In this document: piece after piece, positions 36,555 through 60,775 of the stretch | Layout: each line of letters starts with the position of its first letter | How positions within the stretch are numbered: the stretch's first letter is position 1 | From: Tubiluchus corallicola | Lineage: Eukaryota > Animalia > Priapulida | Direction of reading: 5' to 3' | NCBI GenBank assembly: GCA_030141605.1 | Contig: JAQGDQ010002387.1 | Coordinates: forward strand, 1 to 64,000 | Length of the DNA: 64,000 bases | The notes under the pieces: model-generated | The model's input: the letters and a program-made list of their open reading frames with translations, nothing else | Databases searched by the model: none | What the model was told of the DNA's origin: nothing | Made by a program: the position numbers and the translations under genes

Positions 36555-38230
36555 TTCCATCCATCCATCTGGTGCCTCAATCCCTTTTATAACGGGAGAG
36601 TAACAACATATATTGTACTTTTAGGCTGCTTTCTACTCAAAAACGCTAAGGCACACACACATGCTTGCACAAATGCTACAACACAGCAAAACAAAATTTG
36701 GGTTTATAAATGCTATATCACTGTTATGCAGAGCTAAATATATATTCTCTTTATCCTTTCAGCTTTAAAGTTAAATATTTACGATGCTTCTTCTTTTGAC
36801 ATTATGTCCTTCAATAGGCAGACTGCATGATTTTTTTCCCTCTCCAAATAACAGCTATCTCAAGCATTCTTCATCAGTTACTCCTTGCCATGGGACTTTG
36901 TTTCTTACCTGTGTGTAAAATTCACAACTTAATATTATGTGCTCTGCAGTTTCAACATCTTTACCATATTTACAGAGTCTTTTTTCTATGCAGTAATCTA
37001 CTTTCTAAGCATACAGGGGATTTCCCAACACTTCAAATGCATCGACTTTGGCTTTGACAAGCAATTCTGCTCACCATGTATCATTCGTCAAGGGTTCAAA
37101 TAATGTACAACTTTTGCAACCTCTATATTTTTCTACTGTTGAACATTTACTTTGTTTTTTGTTCCACATTTTTAATCCCGTTTTAGCTATAACTTTCTCT
37201 ATATGCACATCCCATGCTTTTTCACCCAATTGTTTATCACAAATTTTATTCAGACCTACCTCATTTAATTACCCCACTGCCATAATATTGCCAAACACCG
37301 AGAGCTCAAATCTATTTCCCAAATGCCTGATTCTTTGCAGCCATTTTGGTCAAAGTCTGTGTGTCACTACCCTTATTACCATTTTTTCAGTAACCGAACT
37401 TCACTTATAATTATAATTCTTTTAAAAAATTTTAGGTGAGTCTTTGTTTCTCGTTTTTCAAAAGATGAAAACCCAGCTTCACTTCTGATAGCAGCGCCAC
37501 TGCATCCTTTTGCTTTCTAGAGCCATCTTACAAATTCTTCTTGTATGCTATTACATCAATCGATTTCTTTTTGGCTGTACGTTCTGTCTACACAACCAAA
37601 CATTATTTTTGGGCCTACATTTGCTTTCCAGCCTGTTCTCCCTATTTCTAATCTTGCTTCTGATTGCATTGCCACAAATTTTACAGCACCTATGGTTCTT
37701 CTAATATCTGGTATTCTTTCTTTCCAGCTATGTTCATCTTCTATGGTTCTTATAATTACCCCGAGGTATTTTTCTCTTTCTGTTGCATGTATACTGTATA
37801 GGTACATCTCCTATGATCTTAAAAACTTTATTAGCATTACCTCCACAAAGGAGAATTGATGCACTTGGTCACACTGAATTTCATGCCAAATTCTTTTACA
37901 AGATCATTAGCAATCTTCAACAACACCAACATATCACCTTCAAATTCTGTAATTAGCGTTGTGTCGTTAGCAATTTAAGCATGGGATCACCCTGTTTTAC
38001 ACCTGACTATACTTTAGATTATCCGTTCTGATGTTTCTCCAAACAAATTTGACATTAAAACCATGGTATCATGATTTCCAAAATTCGAAAAAGGATTGCT
38101 CTGTACTTAAATGTGTCAATACTTGCCACAGCTTTTTTCTACATCTAACATCACCACCCACTTTAAAGACCAGCCCTAACTTCTTGATTGTGGATATTCT
38201 TTTTCTCATATGCTTGGAAGTAATGTAGTA
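36555..38230 (-). mobile_element. Longer copy of the (GGAT)n-tailed LINE family, degenerate
   Basis: Reverse-complement similarity to 33815-34600 including the tail; RT remnants MKFSVTKC and EKYLGVII. Confidence 0.8.
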
Positions 38231-38269
38231 GGTTTCCTTTGAGTTCTCTCTGCAAGCCTTGTCTGATCA

Positions 38270-38600
38270 TACCTTGTCAGATGCTGTTATTACACCTGCA
38301 TAGTTAGCAATGGGTCTTACCATAGATTTGTACAACTTCATCATTGTTACATGGGTGCTACCAAATACCTTCCCCTTTATGAGCATTAACTTTTGATGTG
38401 CTTTATTTGTGATATACATGATTTGTTACTTAATATCAAGGTTACTATCAGTGATAATATTAAGATCCCTTTTGGTGTGTACTTATTATTATTGCTTCTT
38501 ATTGCAGCTCATTGTGCACTTCGTGTCAATATTTGATCAGCTCACAGTTAAAACCGTACATTTATCATAGTTAAGAGCATTAACGGGTTATCATGGTTTC
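38270..38600 (-). mobile_element. CR1-like RT fragment
   Basis: Minus-strand peptide KDL...KLYKSMVRPIANYA. Confidence 0.55.
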
Positions 38601-38849
38601 AGCTATTCATTTCTTAATTTTATTTTTATTGTAGGTTTGTGGTGTGTCTTGGTATTATGTGATGGATCTTTTGCAGAGGCAACAAAACAACATTAGCCAA
38701 TTTCGTGTTTTCTACTTGGCTCAGTTGGCTGTGACTGTGTTAAAAATTTGAATCTAAACTTGGCAGTTTCTAAGTTTTATACTCCAGTTAAGTGAGTGTG
38801 GTATTAAATTTAGTGATTTTTTATTGGACTGGACAGATTCTGTTCTTAC

Positions 38850-41800
38850 ATGGCAAAATTACTAATGGTGCGAAGGTTGGGTGCGCCAACCGCCATTCCA
38901 TCTGTGGTGCAAGAGATACGAGTGACTTGTCTAGGAACTAGCAGACCGCTGCAACAACATTCGCCAAGTAACAAGGACATTGACAGATTGGCAATAAATA
39001 GTCCTTTAAGTTCTTGTTACAGTATTAGAAATTATTATTGCTTGTCAGCACAGCAGTATGTTTTTAAAAATGCAACTCATTGTCGTTTTTATGGATTGAA
39101 GTTTGAAAGCCGCTTAATGAGCTCAGCTGCCAGATTCGGATTATTAGTCTCACGGTTGCTAAGGCTGAGGTACCTATTACTTGGTTCAGCAATTGGAGGT
39201 GGAGTGGCATTAGGAAATACATACGAGGCTTGGAAAGAAAGACTTCCTGACATGAGCTGGATGAAAGAACATTTGCCTAACAGCAATGATTACAATAAGT
39301 TTGTCAACTGGATGAAAGAGCTAATGCCTAGTAAAGAATATTACGAAAAGCTTAGTGACTGGTTCACGCAGAAGAAAGGTAGTATTCAAATACCAGATGG
39401 AAGTGAATATATACGTGTAGGAAGAGAGAAACTGTCAGAATGGAGAGATAACTCTGCCGAGTGGATAAGTTCTGCAGGTCATATCGTTAGTAATGTGGTA
39501 CAAGGAGGTGATGCTGGTGCTTTTCCCGAAGAGTCCACAGTAACCACAAAGGCAGCACCATCTGTAATGTCTTTCAATCCGTTTCAGTCAAAGACGAAAG
39601 ATGCCGATGATGACTATCATGTGCTAACAGACAAGGAGAAGTTAGAAGAACTGCAAAATGAACTTATGCAAGTCCAACTTAAATATCAACGAGAAATTGA
39701 ACGTTTAGAGAAAGAAAATAGAGAATTAAAGAAGCAGTTACTGATCAGAGCTGAGAAGCATTCTAGGGTGAAAAGAAAGTTTAAGAAGTCTCTGATTGAC
39801 ATGTACTCCGAAGTTCTAGATGAACTTTCCATATATGACTGCAGCTACAATACACAGGATCATTTGCCAAGAGTTGTTGTTGTTGGTGATCAAAGTTCCG
39901 GAAAAACTAGTGTCCTGGAAATGATTGCCAGAGCACGTATTTTCCCACGAGGTTCTGGCGAGATGATGACACGAGCGCCTGTAAAGGTAACTTTGAGCGA
40001 AGGTCCATATCATATTGCTACATTTAAGGATAGCACTCGTGAATTTGATCTGTCAAAAGAATCAGATTTGGTTGAATTGCGAAAAGAAGTAGAATTACGT
40101 ATGAGGAACAGTGTCCGGCAAGGGAAAACTGTGAGTAGCGAAACCATTTCCATGACTGTGAAAGGCCCTGGTCTGCAGAGGGTAGTTCTAGTTGATTTAC
40201 CAGGCATTATTAGCACGCAGACAACAGAAATGGCTGATGATACTAGAGATTCTATCCATGGCATTTGCAGGACTTATATGGAGAATCCAAATGCTATAAT
40301 TCTTTGCATTCAGGATGGTTCAATAGATGCAGAACGAAGCAACGTTACGGATCTTGTGCGAGAAATGGATCCAAATGGAAAACGAACTATTTTTGTTCTA
40401 ACTAAAGTTGATTTAGCTGAAGAGAACATGTTCAACCCAGACCGACTAAAGAAGATTCTAGAAGGAAAACTGTTTCCCATGAAAGCTTTAGGATATTTTG
40501 CTGTCGTGACCGGTCGTGGCAATGTGAATGATAGTATTGCAACAATACGTGATTATGAGGAAAATTTTTTCCGAAATTCCAAACTTTTTAAAGATATGAA
40601 CTTTAAGGCTACACAGCTGACAACCCAAAATATGAGTATGGCAGTATCTGCGTGCTTTTGGAAAATGGTAAAAGAGTCAGTCGAACAGCAAGCTGATGCT
40701 TTCAAGGCAACACGTTTCAATTTGGAAACAGAATGGAAAAACAATTTTCCGCGAGTGCGAGAACTTGATCGTGATGAGCTGTTTGAGAAGGCAAGGGGAG
40801 AGGTTCTAGACGAGATTATAAATCTAAGCCTAGTTACACCCAGAGAATGGGAAGAAGCTTTTTACAATCATCTCTGGCAGTCTGTCAATACCTACATGTT
40901 TGAAAACATTTACATACCCGCTGCACAAGCTGATAGTCCGGGAACTTTTAACACAATGGTTGATATCCGATTGAAACAGTGGGCAGATCAGGTTTTGCCA
41001 AAACGATGCGTAGAAGTGGGGTGGGATACGCTAATGATGCAGTTTCGGGATCTCATTGATAAAGATTGTGAAAGTAAGGATCATGATGCTTTGTTTGATA
41101 AGTTAAAATTAGCCGTCATCGATGAAGCAGCCAGTCAACATCGTTGGGACAGGAAGGCTCCAGATTCTCTGCGTGTGATTCAACTGAATGCTTTAGAGGA
41201 TCGGTCAGTGCCTGATAAGCAAACATGGGATCAGGCCATTACGTTCATGGAAAAATTTTTAAGGTTAGTATTTACTTTTTTTAATTGCATAACCAAACAG
41301 TAAACAAAGTAAAGGTCTTTTTTGTTCTAAATGTGTGTTGAATGCCTTTACTATAGTTTTCAGGTGGCATTATAAATATTGAATTAAGATACATTATAGA
41401 AAATTTCCATTGATTTGACATTGAAAATTGTCACCGAAAGGGGAAATGTGATAGACTAATGTTTATTCATTAAAGAGAGAAACTTGACCAGACTGAGTTG
41501 TTGACGAAGCAGTTAATGGGACCAAGTTTAAGAGAGCAGTGGATGTTCTGGAAATCCATATCAGATGAACAGAGAAAATGGCGTGCCACCATGTTTGAAC
41601 TGAGCAAGATCATACAGGGTGAAGAAAAAGCGAGACCCATTCTAACACTAGAAGAACTGACAGCAACAAGAAAAAATCTGCAAGTGAGTTGGATCATAAT
41701 TAGCACTGAATTAACTTTCAAACCTAGTTGAATTAAATAATGACTTGTATCTGAGAAAGATCAGCGGAGAAATTAAAAATAATGAGATAATTCAGAATTT

Positions 41801-43536
41801 GAAATACACATTGAATGAACACGTAATTTACTAGTTACATAACATATTACAGTTTGCTGTAGGCTATAATAGTTTGGTGGTAGAGAATGAGTGTGATCAC
41901 TACTAAGTCTTGGGTTCAAATTTTCATTGAGTCAGTTTTTTATCATTTTCTGTTTGTCTTTAACAAATCAGAGCCTGGGTTTACTGATTAGCAGGTTTGG
42001 TAATTAGATACCTGGCACTGATTAGAGTTGCTAGGTTTTGTTAATCGTAACATCTTTTGCTACTTGCTTGTAAAATAGCCTAGGAGTTTTTCATGATGTT
42101 GTTATCGTAGGCTTACTCGTTATTTGACTGATTGGTAGAAACCAAAAGATGAATGTACAATGCACATTTGCAGTGAATTGTTCTTTTAAAATCACTTTTG
42201 TATGTAGAAGAGACATTTCCTGCAGAATTTTTAGCTTTAGGTCCAGTTTTCTCTGTTTCGCTCTGTGATTTTAATATACTTAGTTTTGTCTTTGAAAAGC
42301 CTTGAACATTTTTTAAGGAAAAGTACCTGGCCTTGTACTCAGAGGTAATCTGAAGATTAACAGCGAGAGTGCATTGACATTGCATTTTATGTTCCTTTTA
42401 GGTTTCGGGTGTCGATGTGGACTTTGAGTTCATCCGTGACACATGGTTCCAAGTTTATCGCCTTCATTTCCTCAATACAGCCATTCAGAAAGCTGGAGAT
42501 TGCAGAAAGGGATTTTTTCACTATCAACAGGGTTACACGGAGCAAGGACTCGAATGTCACGATATTGTTCTGTTTTGGAGAATACAGAGAATGTTACAGA
42601 TTACTAGTAATGCATTACGTCAACAGGTAGGAGCAGCATTTTCATTCTGTTGCATGATTACCTTTTCCACAATCAATTTTTTGTCGAATAAACAACATAT
42701 TTCGGAAATTCAAAGTCAACTTTTTTTCTAATTGAACAGACCTACTTGCTGTAGATGAATATCTCATTATCGAAGAAAATTCTGTAAGGTGAGACAGTGA
42801 ACTAGGAGGGCAGAGCTAACAGTCAGATGTGTAATGTGTACATCCTTCCTCAATGAGGTGAATGCTAAGGACAGTTTTCTAGATGGTCACACATCCGCTG
42901 AGTGACTAACGTCACCATTGTTTAATTTCACTCGCTAACCTCAATATGTGACAACTTGGCTATTCTCGTTATGCTAACTAAAACTGCCTTGTACTGTCTT
43001 GGCAACGCATTACACAGTTATTTTGCTGTGCTAATGATTTCATTCTAAGCAAGCATTAAACAATAAATTACTATAGCAAGAGACAGACTTTTTTAATAAA
43101 ATAGTGTCAGTTTTTCAGCTCCACAGGTTCATACTAAACCAAAAGCAACATCAAAATAGGTTTGAAAAACTCTTCACTTCCTTTTAAAAAGAAACATATT
43201 TTAATAAGCTTGCAGAGGAAGCTAAACAATACAGCTGCAGAAAAAATACCACAAGTTTGAATTAGCAAGTCCTGTCACACATCTCACGCGGAGTGCACAC
43301 ATCACACATTGTGTTTTTATTTGAATACTTTTCAAATCTTGTAGGTGATGAGTACTGAGGCAAGACGTTTAGAGAAGGAAATAAAACAAGTGCTAGAGGA
43401 TGTCAGTCAAGATAAAGAGCGAAAAGAACAACTTCTCACTGGTAGAAGAGTTACTCTTGCTGAAGATCTGAAAAAAGTGCGGCAAATTCAAGAAAAATTA
43501 GAGGAATTCATTGAACAATTAAACAAGGAAAAATAA
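38850..43536 (+). CDS. OPA1: Dynamin-like 120 kDa mitochondrial GTPase OPA1, ~1012 aa, 4 coding exons
   Basis: Exons 38850-41263, 41476-41683, 42402-42626 and 43345-43536. Basic presequence-like N-terminus, [33 protein letters not shown]-loop [18 protein letters not shown], and C-terminal [21 protein letters not shown]. Confidence 0.97.
41860..41940 (+). mobile_element. tRNA-derived SINE head (degenerate)
   Basis: A-box-like TAGTTTGGTGG and B-box-like GGTTCAAATT; no cloverleaf. Confidence 0.4.
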
Positions 43537-44752
43537 CATATAGTGTAATTAACTGTCTCAACACGCATACACGTGATCAAAGCTCAAGTATAGACATGTG
43601 GAAAGATAATTCAGTGTTTAGCAACATATTGTCTTTTCCAAGAATTATTCGAATGTTGAAGAACTCATTTATGCACGTTTTCAGTTCTTGACTTAGCATA
43701 GCTTTGCCTTAAGCTAAATTTGCTATCTAGCTGAGTGAAATTACTGTGATTTGTCACTTTAGCAATGAATTTAAAATATTCTGTTGTGCATACATGTAAC
43801 AGCCTAAGCTGAAACTTATTTCTGTCAAAAGGTAAGAACTAGTCTAGATTCATTTGAATTTATACAGATTTTAACAATTTTTTAAAAGGTATTTATCATT
43901 ATAGACAATGTTGATATGCAACATTAAATACATTAGGTTATTACATAATTCAGTGTTGTTTATTTGACAGTTGTGATTGAATAGCTACTAAACGTGGTCT
44001 ATTAAATTTTGAGTGTATTTTGATGAATCCCATTCGTTGAAACAAATGAACACAGATGTTTATAGAAAATAGTGATATAATCATACAAACACTACCTAAA
44101 ATTTTAACAACTGAAGATTCTAATTTTATTTTAGTCACCAATATTGACATGAAATATTACTTAGGTTTAGAAATTACACCACAATTGTTAAACATATACA
44201 GAGTAAGAAGTTTGCATAAACCATATAGAAGCCATTTCAGTGTGAAATTAAAGTACGAACAAGTGCACCATTCGCACAAAAATGCTATACCGCATTTGCA
44301 GAAAAGTCCATACTTGAGCAAAAATCTGGCTTGTCAAAACTCTTGATGCCGTCGTTCAATACAACAAAAATTACGATCTCATAGTCGTGTCCGACATATC
44401 AATGGGAACTCAACCAATGACTATCTTTTATTATCAGTCATGTCTTAAAGGGCATAAAACCAGTAGTACGCCTTACATTTCATGTAACAGAATCTGTATT
44501 TTAAACAATATTCCTGAAGATACCATATTCTTGTATACTTATATATATATATACTGAAGTCAGCTGTTGCTTCTACAGATTGCTCATGTTTCATCAAGAA
44601 GTTCATCAATGCATGGCATTACCAACTGGTATTTTTATATCTGTATCCTTGCAAGAGAAAAATAGTTTCATAAGTCTCTACTTTAGGGTGAACACAGCTT
44701 TATTTATACAACACGCGAATATTTACACAAAGCAAAAATGCAAGTCAAGTCC

Positions 44753-55894
<11,142 letters not shown>

Positions 55895-56589
55895 GGCGAT
55901 TTTTAAGTTTGCGCAGGGCAAAACGCGCACGTTTTAATTTAAATGTAGCTGCGAATTCGGTATTCCAAATTCGGGCTAAATTCTACAGTCTGTGCACTTC
56001 TTCTGATAATAACTTGTTTCAAGCTGGTCAGGAAAACGTAACTAATTGCGTTTGTTTTCCCATTAAACTGATTCTGTACAAAAAATATAAAGTAATAATA
56101 ATTATAATTTCTTAAATAGTTTAGAATTGAAGGCCAAATTTACGTGGGCTTCATGCTGTAATTTTTACCGTGATTCGTGAAAAACAGAAAATTTGTACAT
56201 TATTGTTACATCTAATTTGGTTTCGGACACGGAAATTAAGACATTATATCAACAGGCGTATGGTATCGGCTTTTTTATTCCAAAAATAATTCCGATTTCT
56301 TAAAACTTCTGTTTCGTGAAATTAAGTTCCACAAAATTACAACAAAAATTTAATCTTGTGTACAAAAGGTTCTATGTTATTATGCCACCACAAGAATTGT
56401 AAGTCGAAATGGCAACATCAGTTTTCAAACTAAAATTTTTGTTTTGAGGTCAATCTACTTAGATAAAAAAAGACCGTCTAGCGTTTTTCCACAGTTAAAG
56501 AGTAAGTAAGAATCTTTATTTATCACCTTTTTACAAGAAAAACAAAATCATTTGCACTAATTTTGTACTTGGAATCAGACTGCATCTGA

Positions 56590-58320
56590 TATAATTTTAC
56601 ATACCATGAATGGTGAATTCATCTGGGTCATTATCTTCATTAGCAGCACACAATAGATCAGAGTAGAAAGAGACCGTATTAGTAAGATTCAGCAGTTCAG
56701 TCTGGTCACCCAGTGCATCAAAAAACTCATCCTCAGTTAGACTTTGATAAGGTAGTATGCTGTTAATACACTGCAAACAGAAAAAGGAATCGTTAGTGTT
56801 CGTTAGTAGAGCAAACTCATTATTGGATAATAAAGTGCAATTTCCGTGTATCCTATTTTTGGAGATATCACAAAAAATTGCACTTTGATTTATTCGGCAT
56901 GGTTTATTGTAAGAAATGCAAGGGTAACGAATTACCATAATTCTGATAAAAAAACTAAGGTATATCTCTGCTTATTTACGTGTTAAATGAAACAATGAGG
57001 ATTGACAATTTATCTTAATTTATTCAAGTCGGCTTCAGTCTTAATTTCAAAAGGCTCACATTCATCATTAACTTTTAAGTAGATACGTCCTTGATTAGTC
57101 CAAACTGATTTGTACTTTTTGAGTTTCTTAAGTGCTAGGCACTTGGTAAACAGGTCTTTTCTGCACCTTGTTAGACATTCGTTGATAAAGATTTTGCCAT
57201 TTTTAAGAATGCTTAGCTTATGAAGGTCTGGCATTTTCATTTGGGATCTGTAAAACATGTCTCTTGTAGTCCTCTTCAGAAATTTACTATTATGGGATTT
57301 GGTCCCTTCGATGATGTAACTCAATACGAGATACTAATATCATTATAAGTAACATTTAGTCCCATCAGGCCACCAAGTTTCACCTCAATATCATCCGTTT
57401 TTATGTTTTCCATTGGTGGAACACCACTAATCAGCAAACAGTCACTACGAGTGTACTGCTCGAGAGTATTTAGTTCATATTCTGTGTGTTGAAATTTTGT
57501 AGCAACTTCGTCTAGAGTGCATCTCAATGCATGGTTTTCATTTTTTTGGTTTCATCTAATTCCTTCTTAATGTGTTGGTGATCATTTTTGATGTCTTCGT
57601 ATTGAGCAGCAATGAATTGTTAACTTGAGGTTAGACTATCGAGTTCCTTTCTCATGTTATCAAATTCTAAGACCATGGTATTTTTAAGACCATTTATAGC
57701 TTCAAGTAGTCGAGATTCCATGGAGTCGACAGGGTTGGCTACTGCTTGGACACCTGACCCAACTGTCACACTCTGACATGTATAACCTTTCTGGCTAGCA
57801 GATTGACAAAAACTTTAAGATACAAGAGTGGTAGATCTAGTTGTAGCATTAGTGGGTGTTGAGTTAGTATTTGTCTCAGTGCCTTGAGTCCCAGCATTTG
57901 AAATCCTTGATGCATTATCTATGTTTGAGCTTACTTTAGATTTTTTGCTCCCACTCAGATTAGCATTATGTTTTTTATTGCCTTAGACTATCACTTGCTG
58001 ATGATTCGGAACTTCTTGTTAGGTGGCCATGAGGCATTAGCTTACTGTTACATAAGTTTACTAGTGTCTGTTTACTACAGCTCGCTAAGTTTTGCTCAAC
58101 TTCATGAATTGTTTGGCATAGAAAACTTCGAGGCTTTGCACCATTAGTAATGGCGGCTAGAACTACACTCCAGGTTGCGGCATACAGCAGTGTCAAGGCC
58201 ACAACAAGTGCTGTACAAGAATACTGTCTTGTACGTTTGAACGTTCTCACCATGTTTGTTCTCCAAAGACTTCATAAGGTTGTCTGCCGAAGATTGCTTA
58301 TATAAAGTTTGCAGGAATCA
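56590..58320 (-). mobile_element. 5' portion of a CR1/L2-group LINE: decayed ORF1 plus PHD-like start of ORF2
   Basis: ORF1 remnants LEQYTRSDCLLISGVP and IFINECLT..VWTNQGRIYLK; ORF2 start YPC..PC....AIFCD..IHGNC..FFCLQC. Confidence 0.8.
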
Positions 58321-59369
58321 AAACTTAAGTAAATTAATTCTTTTTATTCATTTTGCTAATTTTTGTGCGAGCACCGAAATTTTGAAACGTCTCCGTTTTG
58401 GCGCATACGCACAGAGTTCTGGACATTTGTCAATGACATTCGAGTTGATCCCCATGAGGGTTGCCATGTGCTGGAAATCAATAGTATGTCCCACGTCCCG
58501 AGCGACCTGGTTACAATACAGTGTTTGTCCTGAATGTAGTAATAAGCAAACATTAATCACCATTCATGCAGAACACTATATGAATTTATCAATTGAAAAT
58601 GCCACATTGATGTTAAATACATTAGAAATTTTTACAATTTTCCAAAGATACAAAAGTTTTAAACCAGAAATCAAAAAATAAATGGTTGAAAAACTGTCTG
58701 TCGCGATTGCTAAAGTTTATAGCAAGGGCTCTGTGTGTCCAGAATTTTCACTGCAACTAGATGAATTAGGAACGATATACAGCTGACAAGCAAAATAAAT
58801 GTTCTGAGCTTTATTGTGCAGAGATAACACTAGGAAGCCATTAGTGTAATGCATTCTAGGCAGAAAAAACTGAGATCGGTTTTTCTCAGATGGAAAATAC
58901 CCGTTTATATCGGGTATTAAAAAATTAAATGCCGGAACAATGTCAGCTAATCATCAACAGAAAAATAAGCACACTTCAGTGATGTATAAAGCACTCAGAA
59001 CATGGAGCAAAACAATAAATGCATCAACCAGTTTATATTATGCCCATCACTTAGAGAAAATAAAGCATTGATATAGATTTGTGGCCCAGAAAAAATGGAA
59101 CATGATTCACTGGGTTATGGTACCTGGAATTTCTTAAGAGAGGAAGTGTACAATGGCCATACAAAGCCATTTGATGCCGAGGAACTATAGGCAAAACTGT
59201 TGAGTATTGGGACCAAATATTGGTTAAAGAAGTGAAAAAAAATCTGTGAGCTATTTATTAAAGGTAACGCCTTCATATGTGGTAAAATAACAAATTATAG
59301 AAAATTGCCTTAAACCTGCACTGAACAGCAAATCTATATTTTTGATAGATATTAAACTATAAACCTTAA

Positions 59370-60775
59370 AGGAGAATATCATGAAAATCAAGTTAAACTT
59401 ATTTTATAGTTGCCTTCCCCGGGAACAACTTGGCAAAATTTTTTTAGCAGTACGTTGTCTAGTTAATGAGTAATTAACTTTTTTGTATCTCACGGGAAAC
59501 GCCATGGAGCTGCACTTACGCCTCTCTCGGTGAAAAAATTGAACTAGCGCAGCTCAGGCTGATGACGTAACAGAGTGTATCCGCCAGCTTGTTGTGATAC
59601 TGTGGTACACAACTGGGCTAAAAATAAAGCTGTTATTACTACATTACAGCATTTGACCTTGGTTCGGATAGGTAGTCAGCTGATAGAAATGATTGTCTTT
59701 GCGCTCGTTAACATGTTTTCATCAAAAGCGATATATTTTTTATACTGTTGGAATATGCCTACAGCATATTGTGAAAATTCTTGTGGCATTAATTGAAAAC
59801 ATCGTCAGCAATACAAGCTGCAAAAATGTGGGCCTCGGTAACAAAAGTGCTTTTCTTCTAAAACAAGCTTTTCTTCTAAAACAAGTCCGATATAGTAACT
59901 TCATTCTGCTAGAAGAATTAATGAATTTATAAACACGGATAAACTCACTGAAGCATAATTATAATGCTAGTGTGACAATTTTTAGTGACAGCTTCATTTT
60001 ATCAGCCTTGACAAAAAAATATGTGAACCCCGCTGACACAGAGACTATAACATATTAGCTGTAGACTTATTGATTAAACATATATGAACATTTTTAACTT
60101 TGTCGTGTTTCAGTTATTTAAATCAGTAAGACTTTTAATACCAAGCAGAACTTTAACCGTTGTTCATTAGCTTCTGTTTTTACATGATAACGTCATGTTG
60201 TGTTTATTTTTACACAGCAGTATTATTAAAATATTAGGATTAGATAAAATTCTTGTGGTCAGTTGGACTGAAATAAAAATTAATGATAATAATACATTCA
60301 TTATTAATATAATTATTATCCACTTTTACAATATAAAAAACTAACGATATAATGTGATTCGATGACAAAATAATTATTAATTGCATTACATAATATAATT
60401 GTGATATTTTTATTGAAATGGATACAAATCTCGAGATGACTAAACTGCATCGATAAACTATGCACTTGGGCTTAAAATGAAACAAAAAAGACACTACAAA
60501 AAACTGCATCTGACTGAATCTCTCCGAAGTGTAAGCACAATATTATTAACACTAGATTCATCATGTTCTAAACTCACGTTTCAAAGCAAACAGACGAGAA
60601 ATTATCACACAGGTTGTAGGAGTGATTACAGGTTTTTAGATTGTACTTTCATTGCTTCAATAATTTTCTGTTGCTCATTGGAAACTAAAAGTTATTATAT
60701 TTTGGCTTCGTATTTCGATATTTTCCGTCTGACTGAATTATTCAAGCTCAACTTAATTTTGGTGATATTCCCCCT
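59370..60775. mobile_element. TTAA-target non-autonomous DNA transposon (Kolobok-like or piggyBac-like)
   Basis: ~31-bp imperfect TIRs: AGGAGAATATCATGAAAATCAAGTTAAACTT versus reverse-complement AGGGGAATATCACCAAAATTAAGTTGAGCTT. TTAA at 59366-59369 and 60776-60779. Confidence 0.75.

Noticed and set aside
39089-40744. Several antisense ORFs within OPA1
   Set aside because: Short shadow frames of a coding exon with no recognisable motifs.
58256-58681. 141-aa ORF without an ATG-supported gene context
   Set aside because: Overlaps a LINE 5' end and repeat DNA; no motifs or splice support.
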